A stretch of 64,000 nt of DNA from an uncultured archaeon (GCA_964410585.1 CAYPFW010000003.1:1-64000), one strand, 5' to 3'; positions 38,739 through 49,302 are shown, counted from the stretch's first letter. Notes: a model not told the origin generated them from the sequence alone. Numbers and translations: made by a program.

Positions 38739-39899
38739 TTATTCGTTAGACAGGATTGTCACAACCGAAGTTGCGCCTGAACCTCCTACATTCAAAGCTA
38801 AACCTTTTTTTGCGCCGTTAACTTGTAAGACGCCTGCTTTTCCTCTCAACTGCGTCATCAAATCTATTATTTGGCGGACACCTGTTGCACCAACTGGGTG
38901 CCCTATACCTTTCAAGCCGCCCATTGTGTTGATTGGTTTTTCGCCGCCGATTTTTATTTTACCATCTTCAACAAACTTCCCACCTTCGCCTTTTTTGCAG
39001 AAGCCTAAATCTTCTGTTGCAACTATTTCATTTATTGAAAAACAATCATGGACTTCTGCCAGATCTATTTTTTCTGGCGACAAACCAGCTTGCTGGTATG
39101 CCAATTTTGCGGCGACCTTTGTTGCATTCATTTCTGTCAAAGATTTTCTATCGTGGAGAGCTAAAGCATCTGAAGCCTGCTCACATGAATTTATCCAAAT
39201 TGGATTTGCCATTTGTTTTGCTATTTTTTCAGATGCCAAAACAACAGCAGCTGCCCCATCTGTTAGCGGTGAGCAGTCTAAAAGCCTTAAAGGGTCTGCA
39301 ATTAAAGTGGATTCTAAAACTTCTTGCAGGGAAACTTCAAAAGGAAATTGAGCTTTTGGATTTTTTGCTGCGTTTTTGTGGTTGTTGACTGAGACAAGGG
39401 CGAGCTGTTCCCTTGTTGTACCGTATTGAGACATGTGCGCACGTGCTATTAAAGCGTATAAACCAGCAAATGTCAGGCCTATTGCAGATTCCCACTCTTG
39501 GTCGCCTGCGCCCATTAAAGTTGAAACAGCAACTTCGCCCTTTATGTCTGTCATTTTTTCTGCGCCTGCTGCGATAACAATATCATACCTTCCAGATTCA
39601 ATTGCCATTATTGCTTTTCTGAAAGCTAAGGCCCCAGAAGCGCATGCACCTTCGCATCTTGTTGCTGGTATTGGATTTAAACCAGCTTGCTCTGCTGCTA
39701 AAGCTGCTAGATGTTCTTGTCCGATAAATTTTCCAGCAGCCATATTTCCAATGTACAGGGCTTGTACATCTTTTCCTTCTAGCTTTGCATCTGCTAGGGC
39801 TAAGGCTCCTGCTTCTACTGATAAATCTCTCAAAGACTTGTCCCAATGTTCTCCAAATTTGGTGTACGCACCACCAATTACTGCGACTTTTTGTGACAT
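38739..39899 (-). CDS. Acetoacetyl-CoA thiolase (archaeal type)
   Basis: EGACASG, EVHDCF, GHPVGATG and LNVGGSG motifs; ATG 39899. Confidence 0.93.
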   Translation of the reverse strand: MSQKVAVIGGAYTKFGEHWDKSLRDLSVEAGALALADAKLEGKDVQALYIGNMAAGKFIGQEHLAALAAEQAGLNPIPATRCEGACASGALAFRKAIMAIESGRYDIVIAAGAEKMTDIKGEVAVSTLMGAGDQEWESAIGLTFAGLYALIARAHMSQYGTTREQLALVSVNNHKNAAKNPKAQFPFEVSLQEVLESTLIADPLRLLDCSPLTDGAAAVVLASEKIAKQMANPIWINSCEQASDALALHDRKSLTEMNATKVAAKLAYQQAGLSPEKIDLAEVHDCFSINEIVATEDLGFCKKGEGGKFVEDGKIKIGGEKPINTMGGLKGIGHPVGATGVRQIIDLMTQLRGKAGVLQVNGAKKGLALNVGGSGATSVVTILSNE

Positions 39900-39903
39900 A
39901 TTA

Positions 39904-40164
39904 TTACAACTCCCACTCATAGACAGTTCGTGTTCTTCCATCTGTTGAAACTGCACACTCCATTAAACCTCTCTCATTTTTATTCACATCAACATAATGA
40001 CCGTGATTAGGACCACCATTTGAAATTTCATAGTGATAAGGTCTGAATCCTCCTTGCATTTCCTCTTTTTCATGGAGAGATTTTAAAATTGCACGCACAC
40101 CAAATCCTGCTGAAGCTGCGTGGACCAAAAACTTCTTCCTCAAATCTCTTGCTTGCTCTATCAT
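39904..40164 (-). CDS. Small hypothetical protein inserted in the HMG-CoA synthase/thiolase operon
   Basis: ATG with GAGGAG SD; fills the gap between the two genes. Confidence 0.55.
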   Translation of the reverse strand: MIEQARDLRKKFLVHAASAGFGVRAILKSLHEKEEMQGGFRPYHYEISNGGPNHGHYVDVNKNERGLMECAVSTDGRTRTVYEWEL

Positions 40165-40185
40165 ATTTTTCTCCTCAATCTAATT

Positions 40186-40243
40186 TGTATATCAGTTTCT
40201 TTTGGATAGACTGTAGACTTTTCTTTTCGAAAGAAAAGGCTTA
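40186..40243 (-). repeat. Module A, empty form
   Basis: TGTATATCAGTTTCTTTTGGATAGACTGTAGACTTTTCTTTTCGAAAGAAAAGGCTTA matches the flanks of 11776-11899. Confidence 0.85.
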
Positions 40244-41314
40244 GATTTTCAGTTTCTTCCTGAGTTTTACGTAAAGTCCGTAATCAATGTACTCTTTGCG
40301 GTTTAGGTAATATTCTGTTTTTGTGGCCAGGTTTTGGCGCTCTGTGATCAAGTCAGTGACATTGAAAACAAAAGCATCGGAGCCTGCACCAGAACCATAC
40401 GAAGTCATTAGAATTTTCTGCCCAGGTTTTGCGATGTCTAAAATCGCAGACAAACCCAAAGGCGAGGCGCCTGAATAACAATTGCCTATTTTTGTGACAA
40501 CCAAACTTGGCTCAAGTTTTTCCATTGGGAAACCCAAAGCCTTTGCTGCTGTTGTTGGAAACTTTCCATTTGGCATGTGCAAAACAACATGATCAAAATC
40601 AGCTGGCTTGTAGCCTAGCTTGTCCATCAAGGTTTGGGCAGCTGTTGAAACATGCTTGAAGTATGCTGGTTTTCCAGTGAACCGTGCTGCATGGGATGGG
40701 TAGTCTTCGCCTTCTCTTCTCCAGAAATCTGATGTATCTGTTGTGTAGGAATATGTGCCTTCTATTTCAGCAACTGGATTTGGACCGATGACAAAAGCTG
40801 CGCCGCCTGCGCCTGCTGAAAACTCTAAAGCATCCCCTGGCCGACCTTGGGATGTATCAGCGCCTATTGCCATTCCATAGGGAATTATTCCTGCTTTTAC
40901 AAGACCATAACAACACTGCATTGCAGCTGTTCCAGCTTTGCAAGCAAATTCAAAATCAGCAACCATTAAATCATAACCAAGCTCCAAAGCCTCGCTAACT
41001 ATTGTTCCAGACGGCTTCACAGCATATGGATGGGATTCTGATCCTATGTATAGGGCGCCAATATCCTGGGGATTGATTTTGGCTCGAGCTAAGGCGTTTT
41101 TGCCTGCTTCTACTGAAATAGTGATTGTGTCCTCATCTATATCTGGCACGCTCTTTTCATTTATCATCAAACCTTCTTTTATGTCTTCTGCGTTCTTGCC
41201 CCAGACCCTTGCTATTTCTTCTGCCCTTATTCTAAACCTAGGGACATATGCGCCCCAACCTACAATACCAACAGATTTGCCTGCAATAACATCGCGGCTT
41301 TCTTCTTTAGACAT
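40241..41314 (-). CDS. Hydroxymethylglutaryl-CoA synthase (archaeal)
   Basis: [27 protein letters not shown] and SYGSGAGSD motifs. Confidence 0.95.
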   Translation of the reverse strand: MSKEESRDVIAGKSVGIVGWGAYVPRFRIRAEEIARVWGKNAEDIKEGLMINEKSVPDIDEDTITISVEAGKNALARAKINPQDIGALYIGSESHPYAVKPSGTIVSEALELGYDLMVADFEFACKAGTAAMQCCYGLVKAGIIPYGMAIGADTSQGRPGDALEFSAGAGGAAFVIGPNPVAEIEGTYSYTTDTSDFWRREGEDYPSHAARFTGKPAYFKHVSTAAQTLMDKLGYKPADFDHVVLHMPNGKFPTTAAKALGFPMEKLEPSLVVTKIGNCYSGASPLGLSAILDIAKPGQKILMTSYGSGAGSDAFVFNVTDLITERQNLATKTEYYLNRKEYIDYGLYVKLRKKLKI

Positions 41315-41429
41315 ATTAGAATTTGGCCTCCTAAAACTTAAGGTTAATCTACTATATGTGATAGACAAGTTTTAAATACTGTCTATATAGAATACGACAA
41401 AAGGATAAATAGATATAACAGTGTTATAG

Positions 41430-42473
41430 TTACCTTCTAAACCTATAAGCTCCATTTAACAATTCCTCAGCCTTTAATCCCCAACCAATACCTTCTCTTT
41501 TTGTGTAGCGTGTTAGGAGTGAAGCTGCACACGGTGGCAAGATACTTCCAACATTACCCAAAGATGTAACAGCAGGCTTTTCTGGGTTTGCTTTGGTTGG
41601 ATCATAGTTTCTGTGTCTTATAGTTTCTAAAACACTCTGAGGATCATCTCTTTGTGCTAATAAATACTCATGTTCCCTCTGGTCAATTGATCTTTCCCAA
41701 ACTTCAAGCAATTCTGCAAAAGAAAGCTTTGTTCTTGATCCAAAAACATAGAGCGAGTTCCTTCCAATTGTCTTGTCAGATACTCTGCCCTCAAGCTCTG
41801 CAATAGTTATATCTTCTCTTGACAACCCAGTTTCTTCAAAAATTTCTGCATAAAGGGTTTCAAACAAAGGATTTCGACCTGACTGATATTCTAAAGCTCC
41901 TGCTGGAACAGTCATTATTGTGTGTGAATATGTATGCCCACCTCTTAAACCAAGAACTACTAAACCGTCATTTGTTATCAAAACATTACTAATGGAAGCA
42001 GAATCCTGAGAAATTTTAGGTAATTTACCAGCTCGCATTAATTGAGTAACATAAGAATGAGACATTTTAACATCTATTTCTAATCCAGTTCTGGGATCAT
42101 ACCTATCCCGTTCACGGAAAAGGAGAGCAGCATTCCACCACGGTATTTGAATAGAATTTAATTGATCACTCAATTCGAGTGTTTTAAGCTCAGGAGCTAA
42201 AACATCAACAACTTCCCTAAAACACCCAATCCATTCGGCATCTGATTTTATTTCTTGTCTCAATCTTTCTGCTTGTTCTAATGTAAGATTTATTGGTCTT
42301 GCTTCAGCTAATCCTAAACTTTCCCTTTTCTTATCTATTATAGCACATATACGATCTTTTACTTGACCAATCCTTGCCGATTCTTCTGGTCCTGCTGAAT
42401 AGTGCATCCTAATCGGAGATTCTTCTGTCAAAGGCTCTTCATAAACTTCTTCAATTTGAGCTAAAGGTTCCAT
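41430..42473 (-). CDS. Nudix-fold hydrolase (NUDT22-like)
   Basis: ITNDG.VVLG.R and VPAGALE...LYAEIFEETGL Nudix-like box. Confidence 0.6.
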   Translation of the reverse strand: MEPLAQIEEVYEEPLTEESPIRMHYSAGPEESARIGQVKDRICAIIDKKRESLGLAEARPINLTLEQAERLRQEIKSDAEWIGCFREVVDVLAPELKTLELSDQLNSIQIPWWNAALLFRERDRYDPRTGLEIDVKMSHSYVTQLMRAGKLPKISQDSASISNVLITNDGLVVLGLRGGHTYSHTIMTVPAGALEYQSGRNPLFETLYAEIFEETGLSREDITIAELEGRVSDKTIGRNSLYVFGSRTKLSFAELLEVWERSIDQREHEYLLAQRDDPQSVLETIRHRNYDPTKANPEKPAVTSLGNVGSILPPCAASLLTRYTKREGIGWGLKAEELLNGAYRFRR

Positions 42474-42476
42474 AAA

Positions 42477-43295
42477 CTATTCACCAACCAATTCCAAAAT
42501 TCTCCTTCCAAGTTTTTCAGTTGCAGCTGATATTACAGGTTCTTTAGAATTAAAATCATAAGTCTTGTGATCGTATGGGTTCCCATCTAAATCAGCAAAC
42601 CAACCACCACCTTCCTTAACAAGCAAGTATCCTGACCCCGTTTCATGTGCTTTATTTTTTAGGTTCACAAAAGCATCAAACATTCCAGATGCAACACCAG
42701 CAAAATGAAAACCAGCTGCTCCAAAATCTTTAACCCATGCATGCGGATAAAGTTTAGAAAATCTAGAAGGATCTTCGCTTCCGTAATGATCCAAACAAAC
42801 TAAAGTTTTTCTGTCTAAGACTTCTCTCCCAGATGTGTGTGCAGGTTTTTCAACCCCGTTTTCAATATACACAAGCCCTTTGCCTCTTTCTGCAAACCAA
42901 ACATTTCCGTCTCTAACATCTATAATTCCAGCAGCTAAAGCGTCCCTATATCTTGGTTTTAGCGAATCAAAAATTGTAATAATAGAAACAACTGGAAGCT
43001 TTCCTCTTCCCCTTTTGTGATTATCTGTTCCGTCCAAATCATCGAAAGCGATTGTATATTTTGGGCTTGCTGTAAGATGTATAGGTCCTCTTTCTTTGAT
43101 CATTTCTTCGTCCAGGAAAATCCCGGGGATATTTTGTCTTTTCAAGTATGCTAAAACAGCTTCTGAAACAGCTAAATCAGATCTTGTCGAAATATCAACC
43201 ACACCAGGACCATACACTTCTTGTCTACCAGCTTCACCTAGGTTTCCCTCGGTTTCTCTTGCTAACCGAAGGATATCTAAAACTAGTTGCTTCAT
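42477..43295 (-). CDS. Inositol monophosphatase / FBPase family protein
   Basis: DEE, DDLDGTDN, G.FDAFV and LLVKEGGG motifs. Confidence 0.85.
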   Translation of the reverse strand: MKQLVLDILRLARETEGNLGEAGRQEVYGPGVVDISTRSDLAVSEAVLAYLKRQNIPGIFLDEEMIKERGPIHLTASPKYTIAFDDLDGTDNHKRGRGKLPVVSIITIFDSLKPRYRDALAAGIIDVRDGNVWFAERGKGLVYIENGVEKPAHTSGREVLDRKTLVCLDHYGSEDPSRFSKLYPHAWVKDFGAAGFHFAGVASGMFDAFVNLKNKAHETGSGYLLVKEGGGWFADLDGNPYDHKTYDFNSKEPVISAATEKLGRRILELVGE

Positions 43296-44233
43296 ACTCT
43301 TTTCCTTCCTTCAAAAACCGCACTGTCAGATGCTTGTGTAAGCCATGGATTATTATCTGCTCTTAGAACAGGTTCTAAATATTGTCTTCTTTCTTCAAAA
43401 GATAAATCCGGATTGGTGTCTAATTTTACAACTACAATCGGTTTGAAGGTTCCACCTTCTACCTCTATTTTAGAATCAGTATCTGTGCTGGAAATAATAG
43501 AGCTTTGCCCCGTTGAAAGAACAATCACACCTCTGACAAAATACATACCTGATGGGGTTTCCAAATCAGCTAATTTATAATCATCACCCCACCCAAATCT
43601 ATTATGTCGCCCATTTCTTAAATCACACACTGGTGTCACTATTTGAGTAGATTCAGTTGACATATCATTTAATCTGTTTTCAACAGCTTTCCTAAAATTC
43701 TCTCCAGAAGATATCTCCAAAATGTCCCTAAGTTCATCCTCTGATATTTGTGTTCTAAATATTGAAGTTAAATCACAATAGTTCTTAGGAAGTTTTGGGT
43801 TTCCTACAGCTTCTGCGGGCAGCAGTGTGAAAAAATCAGCAACAGGCTCTACAACCCTTCTCAAAGCCTGTTTTAATCTTCTATCAACAGCTTCTGCCTT
43901 TTCTCCTTTCAGTCCTTTTATATGGCTTCCTGATCTTAGTTCCTCATCTAATTCTTTCAAATAAACATCTCTAGGACTAGCTGGTATTGGTTTACCCTCT
44001 TCCCTTCTCCAATTTCCGCCTCTAAAAACAAGCTTATCTCTTATTCCAATATTAGGATAACCAGAATCTTTTCTATCTGTCCAAAAGTACCTAATTTCCC
44101 CCTTTGAATCTACTATGGACACGGGTCCTTTTGCAGCATATGTGTTAACAAATCTTCCATCAGGAAATTCTTCTCTTAACCTAGAGACATTTACTCCTTC
44201 ATTTTCAAGTTTAGCAACCAAATTGTAATTCAT
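43292..44233 (-). CDS. Hypothetical protein with degenerate Nudix-like box
   Basis: FRGGNW...SPRDVYLKELDEEL; ATGA overlap with the next gene. Confidence 0.5.
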   Translation of the reverse strand: MNYNLVAKLENEGVNVSRLREEFPDGRFVNTYAAKGPVSIVDSKGEIRYFWTDRKDSGYPNIGIRDKLVFRGGNWRREEGKPIPASPRDVYLKELDEELRSGSHIKGLKGEKAEAVDRRLKQALRRVVEPVADFFTLLPAEAVGNPKLPKNYCDLTSIFRTQISEDELRDILEISSGENFRKAVENRLNDMSTESTQIVTPVCDLRNGRHNRFGWGDDYKLADLETPSGMYFVRGVIVLSTGQSSIISSTDTDSKIEVEGGTFKPIVVVKLDTNPDLSFEERRQYLEPVLRADNNPWLTQASDSAVFEGRKRV

Positions 44234-44338
44234 AAAAATAAAGTATTAGGGGGATTTATAAATCTTTTTCTTATTACCATTATTTAGTACTAACTAAATC
44301 TTGGTTTTAAGATTAATATAGGCTTACTCAATTAAGTT

Positions 44339-45094
44339 ATGAAAATTTCTGTTCTAATCCCAGTCTACAACTATGAGGAAACACTGGAAAGTACAATAAA
44401 TACATTAAGTTCTAAAAAAAACATTTTTGAAATTTTGCTTGTTTGGGATGTGACCAAATCAGAATTAAGGGGCAAAATAGATAAACTTGCAGAAAAGCTA
44501 ATCAAAAAATACAAAATAAGGATAATTTTCAGACACAATCAAAAAGGATTTGGCTCAGCTCTCCGTTTAGGTTTCCAAAATGTAAAAGGAGATGCTGTTG
44601 TTGTAATGATGGCTGACCTATGTGATGACCCCAAAACAATCGATTTGATGGAAAAAGAAATACAAAAAGGATATGATATAGTTTCTGGTTGCAGATATTG
44701 TAAGGGTGGAGGTATAGTTGGGAACACATTTAAACAAAAAGTTTCATCTACTGTCTCTTTACTTATCAATATTTTCAGTAGAAACAGGTGTAGGGATTTA
44801 ACAAATGCATTTAAAATGTATAGAACTCAAGTTTTAAAAGAAGTAGAAACAAAGGCCAATTTTTTTGATATCTCAATAGAACTTCCTTTGAAAGCCTTAC
44901 GGAAAGGCTTTAAAATTTCCCAAGTTCCTACTGTTTGGAAAAATAGGAATTTTGGAAAATCAAACTTTAACTTTGGTGGAGAAAGTAAAAGATATATAAA
45001 GTGGTTTTTGTACGCAGTTGCGACGAAGCCATCATTTGTTACAATAGCAACTATAATAATTTTGATAGCTAGTATTGCTAAATTACTTTTATAG
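44339..45094 (+). CDS. Glycosyltransferase family 2 (DPM synthase-like)
   Basis: IPVYNYE, MADLCDDP and DLTNAFKMY motifs. Confidence 0.9.
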   Translation: MKISVLIPVYNYEETLESTINTLSSKKNIFEILLVWDVTKSELRGKIDKLAEKLIKKYKIRIIFRHNQKGFGSALRLGFQNVKGDAVVVMMADLCDDPKTIDLMEKEIQKGYDIVSGCRYCKGGGIVGNTFKQKVSSTVSLLINIFSRNRCRDLTNAFKMYRTQVLKEVETKANFFDISIELPLKALRKGFKISQVPTVWKNRNFGKSNFNFGGESKRYIKWFLYAVATKPSFVTIATIIILIASIAKLLL

Positions 45095-45583
45095 ACTCAA
45101 TCTTTTGTTAAATTTTTTAACCTGTTTAATTGTTTTTTGAATTTCTATTTTGTGATCATACGCCAATTTAGGAAGATTATTAATAGAGAACCATTTAAAA
45201 CCAGTAAACTCCTCTCCTTCTTTTCTTACTTTTCCTGAAACTATTTTTACAGGGTAAACATGAGAACAGGAGTGTTTTGTTTTATCTTGTAATGGATTGT
45301 CATCAATCCATGATGGGAAATTTGGAGAAAATGGATGAATAATTTCAACTTGAACGCCAAGATCTTTTGCTTGTCTCTTTATAGTATCTGAAAGTTTTTC
45401 ATTTATCCACTGCCGGCCACCGATTATACACCACTCACCTTTTGCATATCCTGTTTTTCTTATCAACAACAAGGTTTCCAGAACAGTTTTCCTTTTTCTC
45501 AAAACTACAAGATCTACAGTTGGGATCGGTGTTTTACTGGTTACTAGCTTGTACTCAGAATCAGACATCCAAAAACTTCTCAT
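45089..45583 (-). CDS. NUDIX hydrolase (GDP-mannose hydrolase-like)
   Basis: PIPTVDLV, WCIIGGR...E and LAYDH motifs. Confidence 0.75.
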   Translation of the reverse strand: MRSFWMSDSEYKLVTSKTPIPTVDLVVLRKRKTVLETLLLIRKTGYAKGEWCIIGGRQWINEKLSDTIKRQAKDLGVQVEIIHPFSPNFPSWIDDNPLQDKTKHSCSHVYPVKIVSGKVRKEGEEFTGFKWFSINNLPKLAYDHKIEIQKTIKQVKKFNKRLSL

Positions 45584-45586
45584 ATA

Positions 45587-46555
45587 CTATAATTTCAAAT
45601 TTTTCTGAAGCCAATCAATAGTTATTTTTAGTCCTTCATCTAAACTTGTTTTTGGTTTCCATCCTAGGGATTTTATTTTTTTGACTTCAGGTACCCTTTT
45701 TTTAACATCATATTCAAAAGACGGAACGTTCCTGAATTTTATATCTTTTTTAATCCCAACTAGCTTCCATATTATTTCAGCAAGCTCCTTGACACTTGTT
45801 TCTACACCTGTTCCTATATTGAAATCATCGTTTTCTGATTTTTCTGCAACAAAAATAATCGCATCGGCCAAGTCATCAACATATGTATAACTTCTTGTTT
45901 GACTACCATCTCCTAAAATTTCTAATGGATATTGACCACTTAAAATTTTTTTAACCAAATCGGGTATTATATGGGAATAACCAACATAATCTCCTGGTGT
46001 TTCGCCAGGACCATATGCATTGAAAGGTCTAGCAATTACGTAAGGAACTTTAAATTCATCGAAATAGGTTTTTGCTATATACTCAGCAGCCAATTTAGAA
46101 AAACCATAACCAGTTAACGGAGGTGGAGAAATTTCGACAGCTTTTTCAGGTGTTGGGAATATTTCAGTTCTTTCGAAAACCATTGAAGATGATAAACAAA
46201 TCATTTTAGGCTTGGATTTTTTTGCAGCATCCCATAGGTTAAGATTTAATATAGAATTATTTCTCACGCTAGTTGCTGGGTATTTATGGAAATAACCAAT
46301 TCCACCTATAACAGCAGCAAAGTGGAAACAGACATCAATATTTTTAAGTGACTTTTCTGCATTTTCTTGTTTTAATAAATCCAGTTTCAAAAACTCAATT
46401 TCATTTACAATATCAGAAAGATTAGAAGCCTCTCCCTTTGAAAGGTTGTCTACAACCCTAACATTTGCTCCGCTATTAACTAGCTTATTTACAACCCTAG
46501 AACCAATGAAACCAGCTCCCCCAGTTACTAGTACATTTTTTCCTTTCCAAAACAT
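45587..46555 (-). CDS. NAD-dependent epimerase/dehydratase
   Basis: TGGAGFIG, YGFSK, RPFNAYGP and GSQTRSY motifs. Confidence 0.93.
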   Translation of the reverse strand: MFWKGKNVLVTGGAGFIGSRVVNKLVNSGANVRVVDNLSKGEASNLSDIVNEIEFLKLDLLKQENAEKSLKNIDVCFHFAAVIGGIGYFHKYPATSVRNNSILNLNLWDAAKKSKPKMICLSSSMVFERTEIFPTPEKAVEISPPPLTGYGFSKLAAEYIAKTYFDEFKVPYVIARPFNAYGPGETPGDYVGYSHIIPDLVKKILSGQYPLEILGDGSQTRSYTYVDDLADAIIFVAEKSENDDFNIGTGVETSVKELAEIIWKLVGIKKDIKFRNVPSFEYDVKKRVPEVKKIKSLGWKPKTSLDEGLKITIDWLQKNLKL

Positions 46556-46607
46556 ATGATCTTAATATTAACTAACAAACTCCTGAATATAAGATAATTA
46601 TTTAGAG

Positions 46608-47915
46608 TTATTGTTCACCGCTTCCAAACCTTAAATAATCAAAACCGAAGCTCTTGGCCTCTGTTTTATCTAAAAATCCCCAGCAATCAACAAGTATACA
46701 ATTCTCTTTATGCTTTTTTAGCTTTGCTATTGCTTTGTAAACGTCCTTGAAGTTATCATGATTTGTTGCTAATACAATTGCATCAGAATTTTCTACAACG
46801 TCTTCCAACTTTTTAGTATTTGGTATTAATGGATCATGAACAGCAACATCAGCATTATATCCTTTTAATATTTCTACAAGTCTAGCAGATGGGGAGTATT
46901 TAGTATTATCACTATTTGCTTTAAAGCCTAGACCTAATACAGCTATTTTTGAGTTATTTAGATCTTTTCCATAGGATTTTAATCTTGATCTAAGCCTGTT
47001 TACTATGTGTTGAGGTATTGATTCATTTAACCTCCACGCTATTTGAATAAAATCAGGAAAAGACAAATTATTCGTTAAGTAATATCCATCCTTACTTAAA
47101 CATGGCCCACCTGTCATCCCAGGAACAGGTATACCACCTCTTTTATAGCCGGAATTTGCTATTTTAATTATTTCGTGTCCGTCCTCGCCATATGATTCTG
47201 CCAATAAACCAAATTCATTAGCCAGGGCAAAATTGATATATCTATAGACATTTGCAAAAAGCTTCCCAAGTTCTGCTCCTTTCGGGGTTGTTGTTAATAT
47301 TAGCTTATCTTTATTTATTTTTTTGAAAACCTCTCCTGCTATTTGCTCAGAAGATTTATCTAACGATCCAACTATTTCTGGAAGTTCTCTTATTTCATCT
47401 ATAGAGTGCCCCTCAACTATCCTTTCTGGACAAACAGCCAAACCAAAATCTTTTCCCAATTTTAAACCAGTTTTCTTTTCTATGAAAGGCTTTATAACAT
47501 CTTCTAATGTACCCGGAGAAGCTGTTGATCTCATTATTATCATTTTACTTTTAAGATCTGCTTTTACAAGATTCTCCAAAGTAGAGTTTAGTTGGGTATA
47601 GTCAGGTCTCATGTGCTCGCCTATTGGTGTACCAACTGTGAGAATAATGACATCACTTTTTTTAATTGCGTCTAAACTGTTTGTTGTAGCTGAGAAATTA
47701 TTTGTTTTTATATATTCGTCTATATGGTTTTCGTTGAATGGTGGAACCTTTCTATTTATACTGTCAACATAACTTGGGTTTACATCTATTCCAATAACAT
47801 TTACACCAGAATTAGCAAAGACAAGACCGAGTGGAAGTCCAACCCTACCGATTCCAATTATCCCTATAGTAAACTTTCCGGCTTTAATTTTTTGTAAAAG
47901 ATTCTCTAGAACCAT
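46608..47915 (-). CDS. Nucleotide-sugar dehydrogenase (UDP-N-acetyl-mannosamine/glucosamine dehydrogenase-like)
   Basis: GIGRVGLP, CPERI, GGPCLSKD and LGLGFK motifs; ATG 47915 with AGGTGA SD. Confidence 0.9.
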   Translation of the reverse strand: MVLENLLQKIKAGKFTIGIIGIGRVGLPLGLVFANSGVNVIGIDVNPSYVDSINRKVPPFNENHIDEYIKTNNFSATTNSLDAIKKSDVIILTVGTPIGEHMRPDYTQLNSTLENLVKADLKSKMIIMRSTASPGTLEDVIKPFIEKKTGLKLGKDFGLAVCPERIVEGHSIDEIRELPEIVGSLDKSSEQIAGEVFKKINKDKLILTTTPKGAELGKLFANVYRYINFALANEFGLLAESYGEDGHEIIKIANSGYKRGGIPVPGMTGGPCLSKDGYYLTNNLSFPDFIQIAWRLNESIPQHIVNRLRSRLKSYGKDLNNSKIAVLGLGFKANSDNTKYSPSARLVEILKGYNADVAVHDPLIPNTKKLEDVVENSDAIVLATNHDNFKDVYKAIAKLKKHKENCILVDCWGFLDKTEAKSFGFDYLRFGSGEQ

Positions 47916-48015
47916 ATCACCTTTTTTATTCTTAGTATAAATACTTACTCCCACGATACACTCAACCAGTTGGAACTCAGGTATTATTTTAAAAACACGT
48001 GGTCTTATATTAAAA

Positions 48016-49302
48016 ATGAAAGTTTCTATCATCGGTTCAGGCTATGTAGGCCTAACTCAAGGCATAGGGTTAGCCAAGCTTGGTCACAAAGTCATTTGCC
48101 GGGATGTAATAAAAGAAAAGGTTGAAAAAATTAATTCTGGAAACCCCGGAATCTATGAACCAAAGATGGAAGAATATCTAAAAGAAGTTTTGGGGAAAAA
48201 TTTCGAAGCTACTTTAGATTTAGATTACGCAATTAAAAATTCCGATATAAGTTTCCTTTGTGTACCTACACCATCAAGCGATGATGGATCAATGGAAACT
48301 AAATATATAGAAAAAGCCTCTCAAGAAATTGGTCAATTATTGAAAGAAAAAAACTACCATGTTATTGTTGTTAAGTCAACTGTTATTCCCGGAACAACAG
48401 AGGAAATAGTAATTAAAGCTTTGGAAAAATATTCTGGAAAAAAAGTTGGGAAAGATTTTGGCGTTTGTATGAATCCAGAATTTTTAAGAGAAGGTAAAGC
48501 ATTAGAAGATTTTTTCAATCCAGATCGAATTGTAATTGGAGAATTTGATAAAAAATCTGGTGATACTCTAAAGGAACTGTACAAAAACTATAAATGTCCT
48601 GTTTTGAGGACCAACCTAAAAACAGCTGAGATGATAAAATATGTTTCAAATGCATTTCTTGCAACAAAAATTTCTTTTTCTAATGAAATAGGAAACATAT
48701 GTAAGAGTTTGGGTATAGATGTTTACGATGTCATGAAAGGTGTTGGATTAGACAATAGGATAGGTCCCAAATTTTTGGATGCCGGTTTAGGTTTTGGAGG
48801 AAGTTGTTTCCCAAAAGATGTTTCTGCACTAAAGGCAAAAGGGCATAAACTAAATTGTGAAACAAAAATTTTGGACTCAATATTAGATGTAAACAAAAAA
48901 CAAAGGTTTAAAATTATCGATTTATTAGAAAAAGAGTTAGGAAACTTAAAAGGAAAAACCATTTCAATTCTTGGGCTAGCTTTCAAACCAGATACAGACG
49001 ATATAAGAGAAGCGCCTTCTGTTGATATAATAAAAGTTTTACAGGAAAGGGGTGCGAAAATACATGTCTATGATCCGCGGGCGATTGAAAACATGAAAAG
49101 AATTTATTCAAATATAAAATATTTTAATTCGCCCCAGGAAGCATTAGGACAATCAGACGCTTGCCTTTTATTAACAGAATGGGAAGAATTCAAAAAATTA
49201 ACAAACCAAGATTTCGCCAAAATGAGGAATAAGTTAATAATAGAAGGAAGAAAGATTTTAGATAAAAGCAAAGTTTCGAACTTTGAGGGAGTTTGTTGGT
49301 AG
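48016..49302 (+). CDS. ugd: UDP-glucose 6-dehydrogenase
   Basis: GSGYVG, NPEFLREG, GFGGSCFPKD and FKPDTDDIREAP motifs. Confidence 0.93.
   Translation: MKVSIIGSGYVGLTQGIGLAKLGHKVICRDVIKEKVEKINSGNPGIYEPKMEEYLKEVLGKNFEATLDLDYAIKNSDISFLCVPTPSSDDGSMETKYIEKASQEIGQLLKEKNYHVIVVKSTVIPGTTEEIVIKALEKYSGKKVGKDFGVCMNPEFLREGKALEDFFNPDRIVIGEFDKKSGDTLKELYKNYKCPVLRTNLKTAEMIKYVSNAFLATKISFSNEIGNICKSLGIDVYDVMKGVGLDNRIGPKFLDAGLGFGGSCFPKDVSALKAKGHKLNCETKILDSILDVNKKQRFKIIDLLEKELGNLKGKTISILGLAFKPDTDDIREAPSVDIIKVLQERGAKIHVYDPRAIENMKRIYSNIKYFNSPQEALGQSDACLLLTEWEEFKKLTNQDFAKMRNKLIIEGRKILDKSKVSNFEGVCW

Noticed and set aside
44320-44331. AGGCTTACTCAA shared with 3128-3139 upstream of genes
   Set aside because: Only 12 bp in two copies; insufficient to call a regulatory motif.
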